Shown here: positions 55,619 to 64,000 of the stretch, in pieces
Numbering within the stretch: position 1 is the stretch's first letter
How the letters are laid out: every line of letters starts with the position of its first letter
IMG/VR virus record: IMGVR_UViG_3300025840_003418
Location: 32,001 to 96,000 of that record
Reading direction: 5' to 3' (one strand)
DNA from: a virus
DNA length: 64,000 nt
Position numbers and translations under genes: made by a program
The notes under the pieces: model-generated
Seen by the model: only the letters and a program-made list of their open reading frames with translations
Databases searched by the model: none
What the model was told of the DNA's origin: nothing

Positions 55619-57142
55619 TTATACCTTAAGAACACATTCTACTAATTTTTCGCCCTCATCGTTATTTGTTTCTAGTGCTATGCCTACCATTGCCGTTGAA
55701 GCAATAGTTGTACATACACCTTCTGCCCAAGCATACACTGCCATACCCTTTGAAACTGGACCTTTTACTCTTACTGGTAAACGTCCTTTAAGTCCAATAT
55801 ATTGCCCTTCTGCTTCTGAATTCATCATAAGCGCAGGATCTGTTGATACAACACCAATACAGAATGAACTTGCGCTTGCTGGCTCTACTTCATGATCCGG
55901 ATGTCCACATACTGCAACTGCTGTGCCTGCTGGTAATTCTTCAGCAGTGGTATATTTCTCTGCAAGGTCAGCAAATTGTGCTTGTGTTGCTGTACCATGA
56001 AAAACATTTGCTGTAATGTCACCGCTTGCATCTCTTGCGGCAATTGTATTTCCGCCAGCAGTGACTGTTGCTGTTTGGTGACTAGGTGCGCCTGCTGCAG
56101 GATCATTTACTTTAAGATTAGTTGCTTTATCAGATTCGCCTCTAAAGTTTACAGCATGTACTTCTGCCCATTGTAATGTAGGCGATCCTAAATCAGTTAC
56201 ATTGTCTAATACCGGAACTACTGCTGGGTGTGTAATTTTTGCTACATCAGTTAGTGTACCTGAAGCGTTTGTTGTTTTAAAAATTATTTCACTGTTACTA
56301 CCATTATTGTTTGATAGTACACCAGCACCGCTTTGTGTAGATAGACCAAAAATTCCATCTATAGTTGCACTAGGTGCTGTTAGTGTTGCAGAAAAGTTAG
56401 CTGCGGCACTTAGTGCATATGCACTTGCTGCAACGCCACCTAGTTTTTCTGCATTAGAAGCAGTACCATGGTAAACATAATCATTTCCGGCTACATTAGT
56501 ACTATTTGTAACACCGTTGTCTGAATCTAAAGTATATTTTAGGGTTGTACCTTTTTTAATTTTATCAAAGCCGGCAATAGGATTAAGTGATCCTAAAGTA
56601 AATTCTTCGTTACTTATAATATACGAAGTTTGATCATTAATTACAGCTTTAATAATAGTTTTTGTAGCACCTAACGTATCAATTACTTGTTCACTTACCA
56701 TGTTAGTAATACCTGAACCAGCAGACTGAGGACCAACTAGGGTATATTGATTATCTCCTGCTGTACCGTTATGCACATATAACTGATTGTTTACTTCGTC
56801 CCACCAAAAATCACCTTTAACAAGTGTACTAGGTGCACTTGATGCGATCTCAGAACCGCCTGTTGATTTCCAATATCCAATACCTGGTAATGCGCCAGGA
56901 GTAGCAACAAAATATTTTAGTTTACTATTTGTAGAATCGTACCATAACTGCCCTCTAATTGCTCTAGTTGGTGCGTTTCCGCCTGCAAAGTTTTCTAACA
57001 AGAACAATAAGTTCTCGTTTTGGATCTCTCCGTACCCTGCGTAGTTTTTACCAATAAATTTGATATTGGTTGTTTGATCTATAGTTCCATCTTCTACTGT
57101 TGTTAACAGTGAATTGTCGAATCTATCAATTTGATAAGCCAT
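55619..57142 (-). CDS. Tail fibre/baseplate protein with C-terminal Peptidase_G2-like (intramolecular chaperone) domain
   Basis: Shared N-terminal GKNYAGYGE..NEN...LLENF...P...GQLWYD; C-terminal ADLAEKY...GVVSTDP..MMN...GRLPVRVKGPVSKG. Confidence 0.75.
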   Translation of the reverse strand: MAYQIDRFDNSLLTTVEDGTIDQTTNIKFIGKNYAGYGEIQNENLLFLLENFAGGNAPTRAIRGQLWYDSTNSKLKYFVATPGALPGIGYWKSTGGSEIASSAPSTLVKGDFWWDEVNNQLYVHNGTAGDNQYTLVGPQSAGSGITNMVSEQVIDTLGATKTIIKAVINDQTSYIISNEEFTLGSLNPIAGFDKIKKGTTLKYTLDSDNGVTNSTNVAGNDYVYHGTASNAEKLGGVAASAYALSAAANFSATLTAPSATIDGIFGLSTQSGAGVLSNNNGSNSEIIFKTTNASGTLTDVAKITHPAVVPVLDNVTDLGSPTLQWAEVHAVNFRGESDKATNLKVNDPAAGAPSHQTATVTAGGNTIAARDASGDITANVFHGTATQAQFADLAEKYTTAEELPAGTAVAVCGHPDHEVEPASASSFCIGVVSTDPALMMNSEAEGQYIGLKGRLPVRVKGPVSKGMAVYAWAEGVCTTIASTAMVGIALETNNDEGEKLVECVLKV

Positions 57143-57167
57143 ATTCTGTACCCCTAAATGCTATTAT

Positions 57168-57174
57168 TATTTAT
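57168..57174 (-). promoter_or_regulatory. T4-late-type ATAAATA box
   Basis: Intergenic tatttat upstream of 55619..57142. Confidence 0.55.
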
Positions 57175-57181
57175 CGTATCT

Positions 57182-59068
57182 TTATAAACTTTCAAGACCT
57201 ATGTTTACCCATTCAATTGTTGTAATATTAGTGACAGGATCAGTATTTGCCTGCACTTCATAAGTTAAAAGTTGTCTGTTTGGATTTGTGAATTCGATAT
57301 TGTTAAACGCAATATCTCGAACCACTGGTTGATTTTCTGTACCATTTTTGTCAACAGCAACCGTTGAAATATTCTTTGCTGTTTCAATATTAATTGTAAC
57401 ACTACTATAACTAGTTGTATGTATTCTTGCTATTTTACCAACGTTAACAGATTCAACTGGAAACAGTCCTGCTAAGTAAGAAGCAACAATTTCTAGATAT
57501 GCTAAGTTAGTATCGATACCTGTAACGTCTAATGCCATAGCTAATGGCTGTGTTAATGTTGTATTATCGACATATACTTTGTTAGCAGCATCACCTGGAT
57601 TCTGTGGTGTAGCAATACCACTTATTCTAGCAACAGGGTTAATTTGTAACTGGCCGCCTGTAGTAAATGTAATATTACCTGTAGCTTGTAAATTTAAATT
57701 ACCTGTTGCTAAAACAGTATTGCCGTCTATGTTAATGTTATCTACATCTAAATACACCAATGTACCTAGTCTAACTAAATCATCTGCAAAGTTAATGTTT
57801 TGTAAACTGTTTTCTGTTAATTTAATACTACCGTTAATTCTATAACTTAGCGATTCACTTGTTAAATTTAAATCTTTGTTTGATTCCCAAGCGTTTGAAT
57901 CGTATTCCCATAAGAACGTTTTATCGCCCTGTGTAGATCTAACAATAATACCACCGCCGTCTGCAAATAAATCGTCTTGTGCTGTACCGTCAGCAGTAAC
58001 AGCAAGTTTTATCGATTTATCCAAAACTTGCAAGGTTGTAACTTCAACGCTTAATTGCTCACCTTCAACAATTAAGTTGCCTGTTATTCGTGTATCACCT
58101 TCAACATCTAGCGTATATAACGGAAGTCGATCAATATTCATTATACCAACTCTACCTTCACTAGCATCAATGTATACAGCGTTAGTTAAGTTACCTAAGT
58201 TAGCCCCAGACACAACTCTTAATGCAAGGTCACTATTTGAGATAGGATTTTCGATAAAGAAATTAGCACCCTGTGGACGCATACTCATAATCGTGTTAGT
58301 AGTATTTGAGAATATTAAACCGTTTGTGTTTCTTATTTCTAATCTACCAGTTGTTAAACTATCAATATCAGATCTAATAAACTGATCAGCATTGAGTAAT
58401 TGTCCGTCAGTTGTTGCTAAGTTTGAAGTACTTTCAGCAGTACCAATAAACTTAAAATTTACTTTATCGTATACGTTAAACCCTTTGAATATAATACCAT
58501 TAGGATTACTTGCTGATACAAGTGCTGGAATTCTAGCCACTACAGCAGGTGTAAATTCTATGTTACTAAATAAACCAACTTCTTCGTTATTGATGTATAG
58601 TTTTGCAATTGTAATCTCAACTTCTGTAATACTTTTAATAGTTTCAACGAAGAAACCTGTTTTACCTTGGTTTTTAGTAAAACTCGGTCCAATTAATAAT
58701 GGATCGCCGCCGCCATCAAAAAAGTATAACTGGTCATCACTATTGTTAAACCAAAAGTCACCAGCTGCTAATCCAATAGGCTGTGTTGACTGAATAAACG
58801 GTTCGCCTGTTGATTTCCATTCTACACCAGTATAAATTTTTAACTGGTTGTTTGCGCTATCCCACCATAACTGCCCTGTCAACGGATTGCTTGGTGCAGC
58901 AGTATTCGAAAAGTTTTCAAGCAATTTGATAAAGTTTTCATTAAAAACTTCACCGTAGCCCCTATACCCTCTACCTACAAGCGTTAAGTTTGTACTTGTA
59001 GTATCAATCTTTCCGTCAATTAAGTCTACTAGTACTGTACCGTTTGTTTTATTTAATTGATAGCTCAT
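57182..59068 (-). CDS. Tail fibre/baseplate structural protein
   Basis: Shared N-terminal GRGYRGYGE..NENFIKLLENF...PSNP..GQLWWD; fibre-like GRVGI...LDVEG, VDNINIDGN, DAANKVYVD motifs. Confidence 0.75.
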   Translation of the reverse strand: MSYQLNKTNGTVLVDLIDGKIDTTSTNLTLVGRGYRGYGEVFNENFIKLLENFSNTAAPSNPLTGQLWWDSANNQLKIYTGVEWKSTGEPFIQSTQPIGLAAGDFWFNNSDDQLYFFDGGGDPLLIGPSFTKNQGKTGFFVETIKSITEVEITIAKLYINNEEVGLFSNIEFTPAVVARIPALVSASNPNGIIFKGFNVYDKVNFKFIGTAESTSNLATTDGQLLNADQFIRSDIDSLTTGRLEIRNTNGLIFSNTTNTIMSMRPQGANFFIENPISNSDLALRVVSGANLGNLTNAVYIDASEGRVGIMNIDRLPLYTLDVEGDTRITGNLIVEGEQLSVEVTTLQVLDKSIKLAVTADGTAQDDLFADGGGIIVRSTQGDKTFLWEYDSNAWESNKDLNLTSESLSYRINGSIKLTENSLQNINFADDLVRLGTLVYLDVDNINIDGNTVLATGNLNLQATGNITFTTGGQLQINPVARISGIATPQNPGDAANKVYVDNTTLTQPLAMALDVTGIDTNLAYLEIVASYLAGLFPVESVNVGKIARIHTTSYSSVTINIETAKNISTVAVDKNGTENQPVVRDIAFNNIEFTNPNRQLLTYEVQANTDPVTNITTIEWVNIGLESL

Positions 59069-61434
59069 GTTGATGTTCCTGCGTATATAATATAATTTAA
59101 TGCCAAGTAGGGGTTCATAACATTAAGTGGTGAACCTAAGGCACCGCCTGTTTCTATACCTCCTGTAGTTGTTTTTCCTTGATAACCCGAGGCACCTGCT
59201 TCTATAGATATAGGAATACCGTCTGGATCGGTTAATAACTGCCCCGGGTTATCTGGATCCTGTGCTTTCTGACTGATAGCATAGAATTGAGATTCGTCAC
59301 CTTCTAAAGTATGATCATGGTCTGGTAAATTCTGTGTATTAATTGCATATGATTGATTTCCTTGTGATTGACCTATTGTATCTGGGCCGCCGCCTTCAAA
59401 TGCAATACCTGTAAAGCTAAATGTAGCAATTCCACCTACAGTTAATGAGTTAATTGTAATTACTAGATCATGAGTAGGTGTAGCGCCGCCGAATATAACT
59501 CCAGAAATTGTAACTTTTTCTGCAACTGTATATCCAGTACCTGGATTAGTAACTTGTACATTATAATTTCCAGCATTAAGTTGTACACTGAATACAGCGC
59601 CAGAACCAGTACCCGTTGTTGATGTTTGCTGAACGTTTGTAAAACTTGCAACTGATCCAGTAACACGGTTTGCTGCTTGGCCGCCCATATTATCAACACC
59701 TAAAGGAAATCTACCTCTTAAATCAGGTAATCCGAATTTTAAATCTCCGCCATCGCTAACTAAACTTGCTGATTTAAAGTTATGTCCTATCACTTGCCAT
59801 AGTTCGTTGTAGTCAGTTTTAAATACTTCTTGCCCTGTGCATAGTAACCAACCTGCAGGCGCTGTAACACCTGCATATGGCATAATACTACCGACCGGTG
59901 TAATAGGCACAGATGACAATAAATCAACTTTGTTTACTTTATACAGTCCTGAATCTGCTCCTGTAGTTTTGTTAATTAACAGTTCGTCTGTGTTACTGAT
60001 TAAATCAGCTCTAAGTCTTGTTTTACTAGCAACGATATCGTTTGATATTGAAACTTCAAATACCTTTTCAGATCCTGACTGTCCGTCAAACTCAAAACTA
60101 TTACTTGTAAAATCGCCTTGCATTCTAAATGTAGTTGCATTAGTTAATTTATCAGCAGTAGTTGATCTACCAGTAACATTACCAGTAACATTACCAGTAA
60201 CATTTCCTAAAAATGATTCTGCATACATTCTCTTAAAAGGAGCATCTGACGATCCTATATCGTAAGAGTTAATTTCTAGTGCAGGCAATATATGGGCATT
60301 TACTATAGTGCTTCCTGCAATGTTTATACTGCCGCCGATATGTAAATCTTGAGCAATCCCAGCGCCGCCTTTTACTACAAGAGAGCCTGAACTAAAGTTA
60401 ATAGCATTTTCAGTATTACTAGCTTCTATTTTACCTGTGTTAGTAGGATCTGTTGTATCAACTGTTGCTTTAATATTACCTATAACATCAAGTGCCTGAC
60501 TTGGTGCAAGGTTATTAATGCCTACCCTTTCTTCACTATTGACTCTTAAAACAGTATTAAAAGATTGATCTACATCTTTAAGTATTAAATCGATTGAAGA
60601 TATTTGGTTATTGTTTTTTAATTCAACTGACGTACCATTTACACCTATCTGGAATTGGCTATCTGTTCCAAGTTTAAATCCAGAGTTATTATTGATTGTA
60701 AGTTGTTCGTTTAAAATTGCACGAGAATCAGTTCTTATAAATTTTTCAGCAGCAACTTCAACTGCGCCGCTACTTTCAACAACTATTAGTCCTTTAGCAC
60801 TTTCAGCTACACCAATAAATTTTATAGGATTATCTATACTACCTTCATTACGTAAATTAAAACCTTTCTTAAGAGTACCAAACCCACTGATAGCAGTTTT
60901 AGGTGTAAATTCTTCTGCACTTACAATAGCATATGGTATATCCTGTATATACATAATGAATATACTTTTGCTTAGATTATCAATGTCTAAAACAGTTTGT
61001 GCTCTGCCGCCTGTAAGTAGTCCTGTTCCTGCTTCAGGTCCAATTAACAACCAAGTATTTCCTGAAAAGATATATAATTGTTGGTTAACTGTATCAACCC
61101 ATAAGTCGCCCGGTGACGACTGATTAGATAATGGCTGTGAAGCTGCTTTTACAAATCCACTTGCCGTGCGCCATTGAGCACTATCATATATTTTTAATTG
61201 ATCAATGCCGGCTGAAGTATCATACCATAATTGTCCTTCAACAGGGTTACTAGGTTCAGATGCACCTGCAAAGTTTTCTAGTAAATGCAAAAAGTTTTCA
61301 GCAATGGCTTTACCATAACCAATTGAACCTTTACCTGGTAATTTTAAACTAGTATCGATTAAGTTAATTTCTCCGTCACTGATTTCAATAGATCCCTTAT
61401 TTACAAAGTCTGTAAATCTAACTATATAAGGCAT
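59065..61434 (-). CDS. Tail fibre protein with phage tail-collar domain
   Basis: Shared N-terminal domain; PVGSIMPYAG..APAGWLLC.GQ...LPDLRGRFPLG collar; NLPDHDH and MNPYLALNYII tip motifs. Confidence 0.85.
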   Translation of the reverse strand: MPYIVRFTDFVNKGSIEISDGEINLIDTSLKLPGKGSIGYGKAIAENFLHLLENFAGASEPSNPVEGQLWYDTSAGIDQLKIYDSAQWRTASGFVKAASQPLSNQSSPGDLWVDTVNQQLYIFSGNTWLLIGPEAGTGLLTGGRAQTVLDIDNLSKSIFIMYIQDIPYAIVSAEEFTPKTAISGFGTLKKGFNLRNEGSIDNPIKFIGVAESAKGLIVVESSGAVEVAAEKFIRTDSRAILNEQLTINNNSGFKLGTDSQFQIGVNGTSVELKNNNQISSIDLILKDVDQSFNTVLRVNSEERVGINNLAPSQALDVIGNIKATVDTTDPTNTGKIEASNTENAINFSSGSLVVKGGAGIAQDLHIGGSINIAGSTIVNAHILPALEINSYDIGSSDAPFKRMYAESFLGNVTGNVTGNVTGRSTTADKLTNATTFRMQGDFTSNSFEFDGQSGSEKVFEVSISNDIVASKTRLRADLISNTDELLINKTTGADSGLYKVNKVDLLSSVPITPVGSIMPYAGVTAPAGWLLCTGQEVFKTDYNELWQVIGHNFKSASLVSDGGDLKFGLPDLRGRFPLGVDNMGGQAANRVTGSVASFTNVQQTSTTGTGSGAVFSVQLNAGNYNVQVTNPGTGYTVAEKVTISGVIFGGATPTHDLVITINSLTVGGIATFSFTGIAFEGGGPDTIGQSQGNQSYAINTQNLPDHDHTLEGDESQFYAISQKAQDPDNPGQLLTDPDGIPISIEAGASGYQGKTTTGGIETGGALGSPLNVMNPYLALNYIIYAGTST
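60169..60204. repeat. 3 x 12-bp exact tandem repeat (ACCAGTAACATT) encoding NVTG repeats
   Basis: Three exact copies; protein reads GNVTGNVTGNVTG. Confidence 0.9.
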
Positions 61435-62048
61435 TATGCATTACCTCCTGACAAACTCTGTATTCTCACTGTATAGTCAATTTGTATTAGTCTGTTTAAT
61501 GATTTTTGTACAGGGTGAAAAATAACATGTGTAATCAGTTTACCTGATTCATTTGGATCACTTGATTTACTACGCAACCCTAATTCATCAAATATATAAT
61601 CACTAGACAAATTAGTAGCATTATCAAATGCTTCCTGTGCAACAGGCTCTGAATAGTCTAGTAAACAACTTACAAGTATGTCTGTATAATTTGTTCCTGT
61701 AACGTGTCTAATTTCTAAATAATTGCTTTCTGGATTATTATTAAGCAGTCCGTCGTCAACTACAACTTTTGAATATGTTTGATTATAAAGACTTGCATTT
61801 GCGCCTGTACTGTTTGGTGTTAGATATGTAATAATACCTGTTGGATCAACACTTGTGCCGCCGTTGCCGAAGCTCATTTCGTATATAAATCCTTTACCCA
61901 AGTTTGCCATACTTTCTGCAAGAGCAACACTCATATTTTCGTAGTGTATTGCATTACGCTTTTGTACAAAAACTTCGCCATTGCTAGGATCGTATATCTT
62001 AATATGGCCCTGTACTGCTATTCCGTTTAAATCTGTTATACTGTTCAT
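61434..62048 (-). CDS. Virion structural protein (baseplate-associated)
   Basis: GHIKI.D...NAIH...FGNGG...FDELGL...THVIFHPVQKSLNR.IQI.YTVRI; lies between the baseplate-like gene and fibres. Confidence 0.7.
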   Translation of the reverse strand: MNSITDLNGIAVQGHIKIYDPSNGEVFVQKRNAIHYENMSVALAESMANLGKGFIYEMSFGNGGTSVDPTGIITYLTPNSTGANASLYNQTYSKVVVDDGLLNNNPESNYLEIRHVTGTNYTDILVSCLLDYSEPVAQEAFDNATNLSSDYIFDELGLRSKSSDPNESGKLITHVIFHPVQKSLNRLIQIDYTVRIQSLSGGNA

Positions 62049-62067
62049 GTTGTCTTCCTATACAATG

Positions 62068-62073
62068 TATTTA
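62068..62073 (-). promoter_or_regulatory. T4-late-type TAAATA box
   Basis: tattta directly after the upstream stop, ahead of the AGGA SD of 61434..62048. Confidence 0.55.
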
Positions 62074-64000
62074 TTAGTTTCCGGATCTCAGAAAGAACCC
62101 GATACTTGTTTCTGTTTCAGTTATTGATTCGCCTATTACGTTCCACATTGAGCCTTTTTTCCTAGTTACTACAATGTTTCTAGTAGCAAACTCTAGCAAT
62201 GACGAATTAGTAATATCAATTATTGCTTGTACTGGTGTGTCGTTTTCAATTACATACGATAATGTAAAATCTGCTGCTACATCTTCATCACCTTCAGGCG
62301 AGTCTTGTGCTATATTAGGATTATATAATTTAGACGTTTTACCAGTTAGTCTAATACCATTAATAAAGATTTCAAACTCATCGACAGAATTAGGTATAAA
62401 CCCTAATTCAAATGTACTTGCAACTGAAGATACATCTGCACTATCAACTGTTTGTGTTTGCGTTACATCTTCATATGTAATATTTTTTGTTCTACTTTGA
62501 TCATACACTGGTGTACCTAGTGGATGTACATCACGCACTCCTGTACCAAGCGTTCCTCGACGTATTAGTCTAAGTCTATTTTCATCCTTAACTAGGTATT
62601 CAATACGCTCCTTACCTATCCAAAGCACCCCAGGTAAATTTAATTCTCTATCTGGTTCTGGTAAGTTAGTTGCATCTTTAACTTCAATTTGTAAATCATA
62701 CTGCGTAAGTTCTTTTGAAAGTTTAGTTGTTGGGCTATCAATACGCTTATAAGTTGTATTATTTGTTATGTCTTTAAAGATTCTATAACTATATACTGCA
62801 CTATCTTCTCCTTTAGTAGTAACTTGCATATCGAGTGTATCTTGCACTTGTCCTGGAACTAGTTCTTCAACACTTTTTGCACTTTCAGGAGTAACAAAGT
62901 TATCACCATCAATTATAATGTCTTCAGGTCTTTGTCCACTTGCATTTAAATAGTTTAAATCACCACCACTAATATCAGTATCATAAGTTGCACCGTAAGG
63001 TAAAATACTACCATCGCTTGTAACTTTTCTTACAACAATCTTTACATATGATTCTCCTTCTCTAATTGCAGTCATTATTCCTAAGTCATTTAGATTAATT
63101 ACCTGTGTTTCACCGTCGCCGACTAATGTTTGACAAGTTGCGTTTAGATTAGATTGTTGGGCAGTACCAAAGTTTTCGTCATCGTGTCTAATGTTACTAA
63201 AGATATTATCATTAGAATCTATACCAATCCTGTAAATGTTATATGACACATCTAATTCTAGTGCTCTAGGTAATATTATACTTGTACTAGAACCGTCAAG
63301 TTCTACAATTAGATCTTCTAATTCTTCATCAGTATCATAGTCAAAATCAGTCCATTCGCCGTTGCCCCAGCCACGTGCTGTTCCAAAATCTAAAGTATCA
63401 ATTTGTACACCAGCATAATCAATACCATCCATTAATTGTGCTGCATCTTTACTAATCATATTATCATTTGGATTATACGCAAACTTAATTCTATCAATAG
63501 CATTTAATATTTCTAAACTTTTGTTATAGACAATAGTAACAGTATCGCCTACACCAGCCGGTGTACTTAATACAACTCGACCTTTATATCTTGTATAACC
63601 TTTGGACATATCTTGAATATTAGTTACTGAATATTGTCCTGATAATACCTCGGTATTGTTAATGTATACTACATAAGTACTATTTAAAACTTGCATCGGC
63701 CATTCTAAATCAAACACTGTTTGTGTTCCTGTTCCGGTAAACGATTGTGTGTGCTCTAATGTATTTACAGATTGGGTTAGTACTGGCCAATTTCTATCAA
63801 ATTTAATTGTAGATCTAATTGTTCTAGGTTTACTTCTACCTAAGACAGGGTAAGCTGTTGCTTGAACTCCTTCTGAATTAGGAGGAGGTGCTATTTGAAT
63901 AGTTGGTATTGATGTATAGCCTTCACCTGGATATACAATTTTTAATCCGGTAATATTCCCGTACCCAATAAATGCTTCTATTACTGCGCCGCTGCCGCCG
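62074..64000 (-). CDS. Large baseplate wedge-like structural protein, 5' end outside window
   Basis: Frame stays open beyond the track start at 63717 to the window edge (GGSGAVIEAFIG...PGEGYTSIPTI...IKFDR); contains EELVPGQV.DTL and ERIEY...RRGTLGT motifs. Confidence 0.75.
   Translation of the reverse strand, partial: GGSGAVIEAFIGYGNITGLKIVYPGEGYTSIPTIQIAPPPNSEGVQATAYPVLGRSKPRTIRSTIKFDRNWPVLTQSVNTLEHTQSFTGTGTQTVFDLEWPMQVLNSTYVVYINNTEVLSGQYSVTNIQDMSKGYTRYKGRVVLSTPAGVGDTVTIVYNKSLEILNAIDRIKFAYNPNDNMISKDAAQLMDGIDYAGVQIDTLDFGTARGWGNGEWTDFDYDTDEELEDLIVELDGSSTSIILPRALELDVSYNIYRIGIDSNDNIFSNIRHDDENFGTAQQSNLNATCQTLVGDGETQVINLNDLGIMTAIREGESYVKIVVRKVTSDGSILPYGATYDTDISGGDLNYLNASGQRPEDIIIDGDNFVTPESAKSVEELVPGQVQDTLDMQVTTKGEDSAVYSYRIFKDITNNTTYKRIDSPTTKLSKELTQYDLQIEVKDATNLPEPDRELNLPGVLWIGKERIEYLVKDENRLRLIRRGTLGTGVRDVHPLGTPVYDQSRTKNITYEDVTQTQTVDSADVSSVASTFELGFIPNSVDEFEIFINGIRLTGKTSKLYNPNIAQDSPEGDEDVAADFTLSYVIENDTPVQAIIDITNSSLLEFATRNIVVTRKKGSMWNVIGESITETETSIGFFLRSGN

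Noticed and set aside
60169-60204. 12-bp tandem repeat as a CRISPR or contingency locus
   Set aside because: No spacers; in-frame NVTG repeats are ordinary for fibre shafts
55680-62500. Plus-strand ORFs of 66-170 aa opposite the structural genes (e.g. 57876..58385, 60611..61123)
   Set aside because: Antisense shadows of long genes with biased codon usage; no SD, promoter or motifs
53629-64000. Diversity-generating retroelement or invertible fibre cassette
   Set aside because: No reverse transcriptase, recombinase or near-identical TR/VR repeat pair was seen in the window
1-64000. Stop-codon reassignment, tRNA/rRNA genes, intrinsic terminators
   Set aside because: ORFs tile the window in the standard code and end in TAA, TGA and TAG; intergenic gaps are too short for RNA genes; no convincing hairpin-U tract was found by eye

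Overview
The window is almost wholly coding, AT-rich DNA that reads as a segment of a large T4-like (myovirus-type, possibly jumbo) phage genome in the standard genetic code. The right ~10 kb (53.6-64 kb, minus strand) is a virion structural block: a large baseplate-like protein cut by the window end, three fibre/baseplate paralogs sharing an N-terminal domain (one with a tail-collar domain, one with a Peptidase_G2-like C-terminus), and two paralogous Ser/Thr-rich virion proteins. The remaining ~53 kb is a dense tailoring-enzyme island. By motif inspection it holds 14 radical SAM proteins (6 with B12-binding-type architecture), about 14 cupin/2OG-Fe(II) oxygenase-like proteins, 5 SGNH-like proteins, about 7 glycosyltransferase-like proteins, nucleotide-sugar enzymes (RmlC, epimerase, HldA/HldC-like, HAD, cupin, split minimal TPP enzyme), an amidinotransferase, a class III aminotransferase, a PP-loop QueC-like ATPase, a nitroreductase, two methyltransferases and a fatty acid desaturase. 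All five divergent junctions carry back-to-back T4-late-type TAAATA boxes, often 4-7 nt before an ATG, and all five convergent junctions overlap. My main hypothesis (inference, untested) is a late-expressed pathway that glycosylates and hypermodifies virion proteins or the host surface. Product calls come from motif recognition by eye; no database searches were run. No tRNA, rRNA, CRISPR array or mobile element was recognised.
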